The notes beneath the pieces are model-generated. The model made no database searches. It had not been told where the DNA came from and saw only the letters and a list, made by a program, of their open reading frames with translations. DNA of 57,803 bases from Candidatus Daviesbacteria bacterium (GTDB lineage: Bacteria > Patescibacteriota > Microgenomatia > Daviesbacterales > UBA10151), in assembly GCA_016176415.1 (NCBI GenBank), contig JACOXH010000017.1, positions 1 to 57,803 on the forward strand. Reading direction: 5' to 3'. Position numbers and translations under genes: made by a program. Of the stretch, positions 10,846-20,209 are shown in pieces. Numbering within the stretch: position 1 is the stretch's first letter; every line of letters starts with the position of its first letter.

Positions 10846-11259
10846 ATGGCACAACTCCATTTAAAAATTGTTACACCGGAAAAATTATTAGTTGATGAGG
10901 AAGTTTCTCAGGTTAATGTGTCCACTGAACAGGGAGAAATAGGCATACTCCCCCATCATGCTAATAACTTGATGGCTAAACTGGAGCCTGGAGAGCTGAT
11001 AATTAAAAGAGGAGGTAAGGAAGAATCACTGGCTGTGGGAGACGGGTTTTTACAAGTTGCCAATGATACTTTAACTATAATGACAGATCTTGCAACTTAT
11101 GCTACTGATATTGATGAAAGAGCTGTGGAAGAAGCTAAAAAAAGAGCTGAAGCAGCTTTATCTCAAATTTTATCTGATGAAGAATATGCAGAAACATTGG
11201 CTAATTTGGAAAAGAGTTTAGCGCAACTCCGTGTCAAGCGCCGCCACAAAGTTAGATAA
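10846..11259 (+). CDS. atpC: F0F1 ATP synthase subunit epsilon
   Basis: N-terminal beta-sandwich pattern (LKIVTPEK...GEIGILPHHAN...) plus a helical C-terminus. Confidence 0.85.
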   Translation: MAQLHLKIVTPEKLLVDEEVSQVNVSTEQGEIGILPHHANNLMAKLEPGELIIKRGGKEESLAVGDGFLQVANDTLTIMTDLATYATDIDERAVEEAKKRAEAALSQILSDEEYAETLANLEKSLAQLRVKRRHKVR

Positions 11260-11524
11260 TGTCGCAGCTCGTCACATAAAAAAGCACCGTGCTTTTAACG
11301 CCCTTTGCGTCAATTGCAGAAAATGAAACGCGTTCCCACATCGAATGTGGGAAGCTAATAAAATATCCTACCTCGTTGGGCAATTAGCCCACGTACGATG
11401 TGGGATCCTCTACCTCGGAGGTAGGAGTGAAGCTACACCTAGGGTTTTGAGCTATTTATATAACTGGCTGTGGGTGCCGAGAAGCTGTTTTGAGGTTGAG
11501 CAGTGATTGTTATACAATTATTAC

Positions 11525-12448
11525 ATGGCAAGTAATGAAAACCCAGAGCTTTCTATAATAATCCTTAACTACAATGTTAAGGATTTGCTTTTAAAGTGTT
11601 TAGAGTCTGTTTTTAAAAATAAAACTGATAAAGACAGGTGGCAGGTAATTGTGGTGGATAATGCTTCTTCTGATGGGTCTGCTGAAGCTGTAAAAGAGAA
11701 ATTTCCAGGAGTTGAACTGATTGAAAGTAAAGAGAATTTAGGATTTGCAGGAGGTAATAATTTAGGAGTAGAAAAAGCTAAAGCTCCTGTAATACTTTTC
11801 CTTAATCCTGATACTGTGGTTGTGGGTGATGCTATTCAAAAAACTTTGGAAGTATTACTTTCCAGTCCTGATTTTGGGGCAGTGGGTTGCAGGGTAGAAC
11901 TGCCTGACGGAAGATTGGATTATTCCTGTCACAGGGGCTTCCCTACCCCATGGAATTCTTTTACTTACTTTACAGGTTTAGCTAAAACTTTTCCTAAATA
12001 CTCCCTTTTTTCAAGTTACAGCGCATCTTTTTTGAATACCAACACTGCTCATGAAGTGGATTGTATCAGCGGCACATATCTCATGGTGAGAAAAATTGCA
12101 GGAGAACAGATTGGATTTTGGGATAAAGATTATTTTTTTAATGGTGAAGATATAGAATTTTGCTATTCTTTAAAAGAAAAGGGTTGGAAAATTTATTATT
12201 ACCCGCTCGTTAAAATTATTCACTACAAAGGTTCTTCTTCAGGGCTTTGGCAGACAGCCGGAGCAAAAGTAGAAAGAGCTACAAGATTAAAAGCTGCTAC
12301 CCATGCTGCTTCTGCTATGAGGATTTTTTACAAAAAACACTACTATCAAAATTATCTGCCATTTATAAGAGATTTTATCCTTTGGGGAATTAAAGCGCTG
12401 GAGCACTACAGGAAGTTTAAGATCATCACGGGGATGCGCTATGAGTAG
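11525..12448 (+). CDS. family 2 glycosyltransferase
   Basis: LSIIILNYN...VVDNASSDGS...NLGFAGGNN...GEDIEF motifs. The track start at 11507 is TTG; ATG at 11525 is preferred. Confidence 0.8.
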   Translation: MASNENPELSIIILNYNVKDLLLKCLESVFKNKTDKDRWQVIVVDNASSDGSAEAVKEKFPGVELIESKENLGFAGGNNLGVEKAKAPVILFLNPDTVVVGDAIQKTLEVLLSSPDFGAVGCRVELPDGRLDYSCHRGFPTPWNSFTYFTGLAKTFPKYSLFSSYSASFLNTNTAHEVDCISGTYLMVRKIAGEQIGFWDKDYFFNGEDIEFCYSLKEKGWKIYYYPLVKIIHYKGSSSGLWQTAGAKVERATRLKAATHAASAMRIFYKKHYYQNYLPFIRDFILWGIKALEHYRKFKIITGMRYE

Positions 12449-13337
12449 TATGGATTTATCAATAATAATACTAAGTTTTAATACCAAAGATATTACTGCC
12501 CGGTGTTTGGGAAAGGTAAAAATCTCCAAAGATTATTGCGAGAAAAGGTTAAAGAACAAAATTGAAGTAATTGTTTTAGATAATGCGTCAGAAGACGGGT
12601 CTGTTGGGGTAATTAGGGATTTTAGGGAAAAGAACCGTTGGGTAAAGTTGATTGAATCAAAAGAAAACACTGGTTTTTCCAAAGGAAATAATATTGCTAT
12701 GAGGCAGTCTAAAAATCCTTATATACTGCTTTTAAATTCTGACGTTTATTTGGAAGAGGAAAGTTTGTATAAAGCTTTAGCTTATTTTAGGGTTAATTTA
12801 AATTGTGATGTTTTAGGGGCAAGGCTAAATTATGCCAGCGGTGAGCTCCAACTAAGCGCAGGTCCTTTGCCTGATTTTTTTAATATTTTCTTGTGGATTT
12901 TTGGTTTAAGAGGGTTTCATCCCAAAGCCAAAAAGTATTTTTCCAAAGCTCACAAAGTTGGCTGGGTGATGGGAGCTTTTGTGATGTTAAAAAGAAAAGT
13001 GTTTGAAGAAACGAAAGGGTTTGATGAGAATTTATTTATGCATATGGAAGAAATTGAGTGGTGTAAAAGAATTAATAATAAAGGATTTAGGGTTTGGTAT
13101 GTTCCTCAAGTTTCAGTTACTCACCTGCACGGGGCTTCTACTAATTTTGATTTAGGTCCTTCTTTTTTTAATGAACTAAAGGGCATTAAATATTATATTA
13201 AAAAACACATCAGCCCGCTCTATTTACCTCTTAAAGCATTGCTTACAGCAGGTTTAATATTTAGGGTAATAGCTTTTTCTTTATTGGGTAAAACAAAAAG
13301 AGCTAAAGTTTATATGGAAGGGATAAAAGTCATTTGA
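12441..13337 (+). CDS. family 2 glycosyltransferase
   Basis: LSIIILSFN...LDNASEDGS...NTGFSKGNN...MEEIEWC motifs. The start overlaps the upstream stop. Confidence 0.8.
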   Translation: MSSMDLSIIILSFNTKDITARCLGKVKISKDYCEKRLKNKIEVIVLDNASEDGSVGVIRDFREKNRWVKLIESKENTGFSKGNNIAMRQSKNPYILLLNSDVYLEEESLYKALAYFRVNLNCDVLGARLNYASGELQLSAGPLPDFFNIFLWIFGLRGFHPKAKKYFSKAHKVGWVMGAFVMLKRKVFEETKGFDENLFMHMEEIEWCKRINNKGFRVWYVPQVSVTHLHGASTNFDLGPSFFNELKGIKYYIKKHISPLYLPLKALLTAGLIFRVIAFSLLGKTKRAKVYMEGIKVI

Positions 13338-13368
13338 CATTTGAGAATGGACAATTGACATTTAGATT

Positions 13369-15198
13369 ATGAAAAAGACTGCAATAATCACGCTAAATTA
13401 CAATGGTAAGGATGACACAATTGAGTTTCTTGAGTCACTTAAGTTGCTTAAGAAAAATGGGACAGAGTTACGGGTTATTGTAGTTGATAATGCCTCGGGT
13501 GACGGGAGTGTTTCAGCAATAAAGGATAAATTTCCTGATGTAGATATTTTACAAACAGGGGCAAATTTGGGGTTTTCAGGGGGTTTAAACAAAGGGATAG
13601 AATATGCCAAAATTTGGGGAGCAGATTATTTTCTTTTAATTAACAATGACTGTTTAATAAAAGATGAAAATTTAATTACAGAACTGGTTAGTGCTTTAGA
13701 GAAAGATCCAAAAATTGGTTTGGTCTCCCCTAAAATTTATTTTGCTAAAGGGTTTGAATATAAAAAGGATTATAAAAAAGAAGATTTGGGAAAAGTGATT
13801 TGGTATGGGGGTGGAAAATTTGACTGGGGAAATATTGGTAATATTCACAAGGGTATTGATCAGGTAGATGAAGGTCAATTTGATCAAGAGGAAGAGTCAG
13901 AGATTTTTTCAGGGGCATGCGTTTTGGTTAAGAGAGAGGTATTAGAAGAATTAAGCCCCTCTAATGGAGGGGTAGAAGGATTAGATGAGAGGTATTTTTT
14001 GTATTTTGAAGACAGTGATTTGGCTGTAAGGGTAAAACAAGCAGGGTTTAAAATTTACTACAATGGTCAGGTTAGTCTTTATCATAAAGTTTCCCGTTCC
14101 ACAGGCATTGGGTCACAAGTTACTGATTATTACCATACCAGAAACAGATTAATTTTTGGGATGCAGTATGGCAAATTCAGAACAAAATTTGCTTTACTTA
14201 GAGAGGCTGTAAAATTATTTATTTTTGGCAGGCCTGCACAAAGAAGAGGTATTTTGGATTTTTATTTAGGTATAAGAGGAGGTGTCAAGCTAATCCACCC
14301 TCCAGGTGGGAAGCTGGAGTATCCTCTTAAGCTGTCTATTGGAATTGTTAATTACAATACTGCAGATTTAACTAAAAAACTCCTTGAAAGCATCTTCAGA
14401 GAAGGGTCTGGATTTAAACAAAGCGAGATGGAAATTATTGTACTAGATAATGGACAAATTGATCCAAGTAAAGAAAGAATCAAAGAATATTTGCCAAGGG
14501 TTAAATATCTGGAAAATAAAGAAAACGAAGGCTTTTCCAAAGGATATAATAAAACTATTAAATATTCTTTAGGAGAATATTATCTGATGTTAAATTCTGA
14601 TATAGAAGTTTTACCAAATGTATTATCAGAACTCATTAAAGTTGAAGATGGATTAGAAGGAAAAGGAGTATTAGGGGGGAAATTGGTGTTTCCTGATTTA
14701 AGCAGTCAGGACAGCGCTTTTCACCTCCCTACTCTCAAAGGCGCTTTTGATGAATATTTCTTAGGAAAAAAAGGCTCATATTTTATGTTTGAACCATCGC
14801 TTCACCCCCGAGGTGCGGGCTTGACGACTCCTTACGCTCACCTCGGGGGTGTGATCAGGGTGGAAGGTCTGGTGATGGCTTGTTTTATGATTCCTAAAAA
14901 AGTTCTGAACAAAGTGGGGCTTTTGGATGAGAGTAAGTTTATTTTCTTTGAAGATATTGAGTATTGCAGAAGGTTAAAACAATATGCAGTTCCAGTATAT
15001 TTTGTCCCGGCTGCCAAGTTTATTCATCATCATGGCGCTTCCACTAAAAAGATTGGTGTAGAAAAGGCCAATACATTACTTACAGAAAGTTCTAAAAAAT
15101 ATCATGGAAGTATTTATTATTTTTTCCTGACCTGGGTTTTAAGACTTGGCCAAAAATTTGGCAGGGTTCAGACCCCAAAATCCCGCTGGCAAAGTTGA
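13369..15198 (+). CDS. tandem (double-domain) family 2 glycosyltransferase
   Basis: Two complete GT2 motif sets: ITLNYN/DNASGDGS/FEDSDL and GIVNYN/LDNGQ/FEDIEYC. Contains an in-frame hairpin-repeat insert at 14802-14854. Confidence 0.8.
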   Translation: MKKTAIITLNYNGKDDTIEFLESLKLLKKNGTELRVIVVDNASGDGSVSAIKDKFPDVDILQTGANLGFSGGLNKGIEYAKIWGADYFLLINNDCLIKDENLITELVSALEKDPKIGLVSPKIYFAKGFEYKKDYKKEDLGKVIWYGGGKFDWGNIGNIHKGIDQVDEGQFDQEEESEIFSGACVLVKREVLEELSPSNGGVEGLDERYFLYFEDSDLAVRVKQAGFKIYYNGQVSLYHKVSRSTGIGSQVTDYYHTRNRLIFGMQYGKFRTKFALLREAVKLFIFGRPAQRRGILDFYLGIRGGVKLIHPPGGKLEYPLKLSIGIVNYNTADLTKKLLESIFREGSGFKQSEMEIIVLDNGQIDPSKERIKEYLPRVKYLENKENEGFSKGYNKTIKYSLGEYYLMLNSDIEVLPNVLSELIKVEDGLEGKGVLGGKLVFPDLSSQDSAFHLPTLKGAFDEYFLGKKGSYFMFEPSLHPRGAGLTTPYAHLGGVIRVEGLVMACFMIPKKVLNKVGLLDESKFIFFEDIEYCRRLKQYAVPVYFVPAAKFIHHHGASTKKIGVEKANTLLTESSKKYHGSIYYFFLTWVLRLGQKFGRVQTPKSRWQS

Positions 15199-15251
15199 GT
15201 TAAAAGACCCTTGCTTTTTATAAAGGTTTCTGACTAATATAAATATCCTAT

Positions 15252-15674
15252 ATGGATAATAATGATGCAGTATTACTGGTAAAGATTGAGGAGATGATTA
15301 AAACTCACACCTCTCAAATTGATTCACTAGCTGAAGAAATAGGTAAACACAAAGACATGCTGGAAGACATTTTTGTTAATGATGAAACTTATCAGGAGCA
15401 TGAAAAGTTAGCCAAAGAGGCTGCCAGAATAAAGGCAAATACCAAAAAAGAAATCATGAAAAGAGCTGATGCAGCAGATTTAAACAATAAATTAAAATCT
15501 TTAAAGTCTGAACAAAAAGAGCTAAAACAGGGTTTGTCTGATTATTTAAGGGAATATCAAAGGCTGTCCGGTTCAAATCAGATTGAGGGAGAAGATGGAG
15601 AAATTAGAGAAATAGTCTTTACAGCAAAGCTGGTTAAAAGATCCTCTAAGTTTGAAGAATACAGAAGACAATAA
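15252..15674 (+). CDS. hypothetical charged coiled-coil protein
   Basis: 140-aa K/E-rich ORF; no family recognised. Confidence 0.45.
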   Translation: MDNNDAVLLVKIEEMIKTHTSQIDSLAEEIGKHKDMLEDIFVNDETYQEHEKLAKEAARIKANTKKEIMKRADAADLNNKLKSLKSEQKELKQGLSDYLREYQRLSGSNQIEGEDGEIREIVFTAKLVKRSSKFEEYRRQ

Positions 15675-15689
15675 TTTTTACTTTCCAAG

Positions 15690-15772
15690 TCCGGAGGGAA
15701 GGATTCGCACCTTCGTAGGGAAAACCCGCCAGATTTACAGTCTGGTGCAATTGACTACTCTGCCACCTCCGG
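15690..15772 (-). tRNA. tRNA-Tyr(GUA), long variable arm
   Basis: Hand fold: acceptor CCGGAGG/CCTCCGG, anticodon stem CCAGA/TCTGG, loop CTGTAAA, T arm GAAGG-TGCGAAT-CCTTC (non-canonical G55). Confidence 0.85.
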
Positions 15773-15812
15773 TTATCGGTTATTATACCTAATTTCTGAT
15801 ATAATCGGAAGT

Positions 15813-18371
15813 ATGAGTCATGGTTCGTGGACAGCCAGGAAGGACAGTAAAAAAATTTGGAAATTTAAGCTTTTATCCAAAGCCTCTTCAGGCATGCTGA
15901 TTATTGTAATAGGCTTTTTGCTTTTAGTTTTTGGCACAGTAATTTTCTTTGCCACCCAAATCCCCAACCCTTCTGATTTATCCAGCCGCAGCATAGCCCA
16001 GGCTACTAAAATTTATGATAAAAAAGGAGAGCTGCTTTATGACATTTATCAGGATCAAAACAGAACTCCGGTAAAACTTAATGAAATCCCCGAACACGTA
16101 AAACAGGCCACTTTATCCATTGAAGATAAAGATTTTTACAAGCATTCAGGTTTTTCCATAGTGGGTATTACCAGAGCAGTATTTGATTTGATAACCAGCA
16201 GGCGGATTGAAGGCGGCGGTTCAACGCTGACCCAGCAACTGGTGAAAAATGCCCTGCTTTCAGGTGAGCGGACTGTAACCAGAAAGTTAAAAGAGTTTAT
16301 TTTAGCTATCCAGGTCGAGCGGGTTTATTCCAAAGATCAGATTTTGGAGATGTATTTAAACGAGATTCCCTATGGGGGTACTGCTTATGGGATTGAAGCT
16401 GCTGCTAATTTATATTTTGGCAAATCTGCCAAAGATTTAGATTTGTCTGAAGCTTCACTTTTGGCAGGTCTGCCTCAACGACCTTCTGTTTACTCTCCAT
16501 ACGGCACCCGCCCTGAACTGGCCCGGGTCAGACAAAAAGAAGTGTTAAAAAGGATGGTTGAAGATAAATACATTACTGAAGAACAGGCCAAAGCAGCAGA
16601 GCAGGAAGTTTTAACTTACAGAACAGGTCAAAGTGAACAGGGTTTTAAATCTCCTCACTTTGTTCTTTATGTAAAACAAAAACTGATTGAACAGTTTGGG
16701 GACAGGATGGTAGAAGGAGGCGGTTTAAGGGTAACTACAACTTTGGATTATGAGCTTCAGAAGAAAGCAGAAGAGGTTGTTAAGAAAGAAGTGGATAATT
16801 TAGTTTCAGCTAAGGTGGGTAACGGGGCTGCTGTAGTTTTGGATCCCAAAACGGGCCAGATTTTAGCTATGGTAGGCAGTAAAGATTATTTTGGAGATTC
16901 CAGGCCTGAAAATTGTATAGAAGGATCAAGTTGTACTTTTGAGCCTAATGTGAATGTAGCTATCAGTCCCAGACAGCCTGGTTCTGCCACCAAGCCTATT
17001 GCTTACACCAAAGCTTTGGAAAAAGGCTATACAGCAGCACAAACCTACTTGGATGTAAAAACAGAATTCCCCGGAGGCGATCAGCCTGCTTATAATCCTG
17101 TAAACTATGACGGGCAATTCAGGGGTCCTGTCCAGATGAGGTATGCTTTGGGAAATTCTTATAATATTCCTGCTGTTAAAAATCTGGCCATGGTGGGAGT
17201 TAAAGATGTAATGGAGCTGGGTTACAGGATGGGGCTTACAACCTGGGAGCCTTCAGAAGAAAATGTTAACTCTGTGGGTTTGTCTTTGGTATTGGGAGGA
17301 CGTGAGGTAAGGCTTTTAGACCTTGTAGCCTCTTATGCAGTTTTTGCCAGTGGGGGCAAACAATATGATCCTGTTTCCATTTTGAAGGTCACAGACAGTA
17401 AGGGAAAAACTCTGTTTGAGTACCGTGAAACAGAAGGCAGAAAAGTTTTGGATGAAGGGATTGCTTTTATTATTTCTGATATTTTAGCTGACAATGGGGC
17501 CAGAACTGCAGCTTTTGGCTCTAACTCTGTTTTGAATGTTTCAGGGAGAACTGTAGCCGTAAAAACAGGAACCACAGATCAAAAAAGGGATAACTGGGCT
17601 GTGGGATATACACCTTCTGTTGTGGTGGGGGTATGGGTGGGCAACAATAATAATACCGAAATGAGCCCTACTGTAGCTTCAGGTGTCACAGGAGCCTCCC
17701 CTATTTGGAATAAAATTATGGCAGCTGCTTTGGCAGGAAAATCAAATGAACCATTCAAAAGGCCTGATAATGTTGTACAAGTTGAGGTTGATGGATTGAT
17801 GACAGGCAAACCTCACGGAGGTTCCCCCACCAGAAAAGAATATTTTATTGCAGGGACAGAACCTAAGGGAGAATCGGGCAGCTATCAGAGGCAAAGAGTT
17901 TGCAAAAGCAATCCTCACAGATTGGCCAATGACAATGAGGATAACGAGGAAAAAGACGTGGTGGTTTTGCAGGAAAATGATCCTACGGGAGCTGATAAGT
18001 GGCAGAAAGGTATTGATGAGTGGGTAGTAACTGCTCCAAATCCTATTTTAGTGGGGGCAACCAGAGGTTGTGCAGGGGTGCCTGGTTTTACTGCAGGTAC
18101 AGGTGGAGTGATTGAAATTGTTAATGTTGGAAATGGGGCAAATGTTCCGAGAGTCTTTGATGTACTGGCGCGCGCCAATTCCCCTGCAGGAGTTAAAAAG
18201 ATTACATGGCTTGTTGACGGAGGTCAAAAATCAACTCAAACCGCAGAACCTTTTGCTTTGCATGTTGAGTTTCCGCAGGGTGACAAAGGCTCTCATACAA
18301 TCACTGTAACTTTGGAAGATAACAACGGCGGCACCTTTTCTTCCTCAATCGGAGTTACAGTAGCTTTATAA
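15813..18371 (+). CDS. class A penicillin-binding protein (transglycosylase + transpeptidase) with a C-terminal extension
   Basis: GT51 motifs (EDKDFYKHSG, GGSTLTQQ, RKLKE) and transpeptidase motifs (SATKP, KTGT), with an N-terminal TM anchor. Confidence 0.9.
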   Translation: MSHGSWTARKDSKKIWKFKLLSKASSGMLIIVIGFLLLVFGTVIFFATQIPNPSDLSSRSIAQATKIYDKKGELLYDIYQDQNRTPVKLNEIPEHVKQATLSIEDKDFYKHSGFSIVGITRAVFDLITSRRIEGGGSTLTQQLVKNALLSGERTVTRKLKEFILAIQVERVYSKDQILEMYLNEIPYGGTAYGIEAAANLYFGKSAKDLDLSEASLLAGLPQRPSVYSPYGTRPELARVRQKEVLKRMVEDKYITEEQAKAAEQEVLTYRTGQSEQGFKSPHFVLYVKQKLIEQFGDRMVEGGGLRVTTTLDYELQKKAEEVVKKEVDNLVSAKVGNGAAVVLDPKTGQILAMVGSKDYFGDSRPENCIEGSSCTFEPNVNVAISPRQPGSATKPIAYTKALEKGYTAAQTYLDVKTEFPGGDQPAYNPVNYDGQFRGPVQMRYALGNSYNIPAVKNLAMVGVKDVMELGYRMGLTTWEPSEENVNSVGLSLVLGGREVRLLDLVASYAVFASGGKQYDPVSILKVTDSKGKTLFEYRETEGRKVLDEGIAFIISDILADNGARTAAFGSNSVLNVSGRTVAVKTGTTDQKRDNWAVGYTPSVVVGVWVGNNNNTEMSPTVASGVTGASPIWNKIMAAALAGKSNEPFKRPDNVVQVEVDGLMTGKPHGGSPTRKEYFIAGTEPKGESGSYQRQRVCKSNPHRLANDNEDNEEKDVVVLQENDPTGADKWQKGIDEWVVTAPNPILVGATRGCAGVPGFTAGTGGVIEIVNVGNGANVPRVFDVLARANSPAGVKKITWLVDGGQKSTQTAEPFALHVEFPQGDKGSHTITVTLEDNNGGTFSSSIGVTVAL

Positions 18372-18388
18372 CTGAGCAAAGCGAAGTT

Positions 18389-20104
18389 TCAAGCTTTGCT
18401 TATGATGCCGATTTCCAAAATTGCTACTCTTTGGGAAATTCCAAATTTATCTGTGACTCTTTTATGGACTTCGGCTAAAAAGCCATCAGAAAGTTTGATA
18501 AATCTATTGGGATGAAATAATGTACTAATGTCATTCTGAGCGATTAGCGAAGAATCTCCCACGGATGTGGGTCTCAAATGAATTGAGAGATCCTTCACTT
18601 TGTTCAGGATGACAGAGAGTTCAGCAATAGGATTATCTGTGTTATTCATAAGAGCTATCGATAAACTATATTTTTCATCAGCCTCCTCTTTTTCATTGCG
18701 GTAGTAAATCTTTCCAATTTCGAAAATAGCTATATCATCAAACCCCTGCCTGACATTTTTAGCAGCCACTTCTACTAAATTAGGCCAGTTGTTTTCCCTT
18801 AAATATTCTGTCTCTGATGAGATTGGATTTGCAATTTTGATTAGATTTGACATTTGTAATTTGACATTTGACATTATTTGAGTTGAGTAATATGAGTATG
18901 TCTGCACTTCTGTCAGACCCAATCCTGAAAGAGCCTTTTTAAGCCTCTCTATAAGGCCAAAAATGTCTGTTTGCGGGTGAGTTGGTATATTGGGTGACAG
19001 CTGCTTTGCAGGAATCTTTTCATAGCCATACATTCTGGCTATTTCCTCAATTACATCCTCCTCAATATTTATATCCAGCCTCCAGTAGGGAACTGTAGTT
19101 TTCCAGGCTCCACCCCGGGGGTGTAATCGCATTTCTTCACCCCCGGGGTGTTTACTCAGAACGAATCCAAGTTTTTCCAGAGAAGATTTTATTTGTTCTT
19201 CTGAAATGTCTACCCCAATTAAAGAATTAATTTTTTGCTGGTTAATTTTGATGGTTTTTACTTCATCTTTTAAATTGCCTGTTAAAGTGATAGCAGTCAC
19301 TTTTCCACCCAAGCTTTCATACATCTTTATTGCAGCGCTGAAAGCCTGAAGCAGTCTTTTTTTAGTTAAACCATGATAAAATCTTTTACTTGCTTCAGAA
19401 ATAAGTCCTAATTTTGTAGCTGTTTTTCTTAAAGTTTTAGGATCAAAAATAGCAGCTTCCAGTAAAATTGTTGAGGTGGAATCAGAAACTTCAGTATTTT
19501 TGCCCCCCATTACCCCTGCTAAACCAATTGCTTTTTTAGGATCAGCAATTAATAAATCCTCTTCTGTCAGATCCCTTTCTTTATTATCCAGTGTAATTAA
19601 CTTCTCTCCTGCTTTTGCAGTCCTGACTACAATAGTTTCATCCTCCACTGTATCAGCATCAAAAGCATGTAATGGTTGACCATATTCCACCATTACTAAA
19701 TTAGTTACATCAGCGATATTGTTAACTGATCTTATTCCGCTATCGTTCAACTTTTTTACCCAAGTTTCATTTGAGTTTTCAACTTTAAGGTTTTCTATTT
19801 TTGCAACGCAATAAACTGGACATAAAGTTTCATCAGTAATTTCAACATTGACCGTTTCTGTTTCAGGGAAAACAGGTTCCTCTTCTGTAAAGCTTACTTT
19901 AGAATCTGTGATGGCTGCACTTTCAAAAGCTATCCCCCTTAAGGATAAAAGATCAGCTCGGTTATAGCCTTTCATATCCAGCTCAATATAGCTGTCGCTC
20001 ACCTCTTTGAGCCCTATTGTTCTTAAAGGGAATAATCTAATTAGTTCCTCAACAGGAACTTTTAAATCAACCAATTCTTTTAACCAAGATATTGATACTT
20101 TCAT
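18389..20104 (-). CDS. pheT: phenylalanyl-tRNA synthetase beta subunit (short form, carries in-frame repeat inserts)
   Basis: MKVSISWLKELVDL... N-terminus, B3/4 and B5-like regions, and adjacency to pheS. Confidence 0.88.
   Translation of the reverse strand: MKVSISWLKELVDLKVPVEELIRLFPLRTIGLKEVSDSYIELDMKGYNRADLLSLRGIAFESAAITDSKVSFTEEEPVFPETETVNVEITDETLCPVYCVAKIENLKVENSNETWVKKLNDSGIRSVNNIADVTNLVMVEYGQPLHAFDADTVEDETIVVRTAKAGEKLITLDNKERDLTEEDLLIADPKKAIGLAGVMGGKNTEVSDSTSTILLEAAIFDPKTLRKTATKLGLISEASKRFYHGLTKKRLLQAFSAAIKMYESLGGKVTAITLTGNLKDEVKTIKINQQKINSLIGVDISEEQIKSSLEKLGFVLSKHPGGEEMRLHPRGGAWKTTVPYWRLDINIEEDVIEEIARMYGYEKIPAKQLSPNIPTHPQTDIFGLIERLKKALSGLGLTEVQTYSYYSTQIMSNVKLQMSNLIKIANPISSETEYLRENNWPNLVEVAAKNVRQGFDDIAIFEIGKIYYRNEKEEADEKYSLSIALMNNTDNPIAELSVILNKVKDLSIHLRPTSVGDSSLIAQNDISTLFHPNRFIKLSDGFLAEVHKRVTDKFGISQRVAILEIGIISKA
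18530..18613. repeat. complete 84-bp palindromic element inside pheT, in frame
   Basis: GTCATTCTGAGCGATTAGCGAAGAATC + TCCCACGGATGTGGG + GAGATCCTTCACTTTGTTCAGGATGAC; 28 codons. Confidence 0.7.
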
Positions 20105-20119
20105 AGTTTTTTTGTTTTT

Positions 20120-20206
20120 GTCATTCTGAACGATTAGTGAAGAATCTAGATCCTTCGTTTTACCCCAAGGGTACTTGCCACTTTGTGGTGGCGCACTCAG
20201 GATGAC
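20120..20206. repeat. palindromic element copy in the pheS-pheT spacer
   Basis: GTCATTCTGAACGATTAGTGAAGAATC...GCGCACTCAGGATGAC fills the 105-nt intergenic gap. Confidence 0.65.
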
Positions 20207-20209
20207 AAT

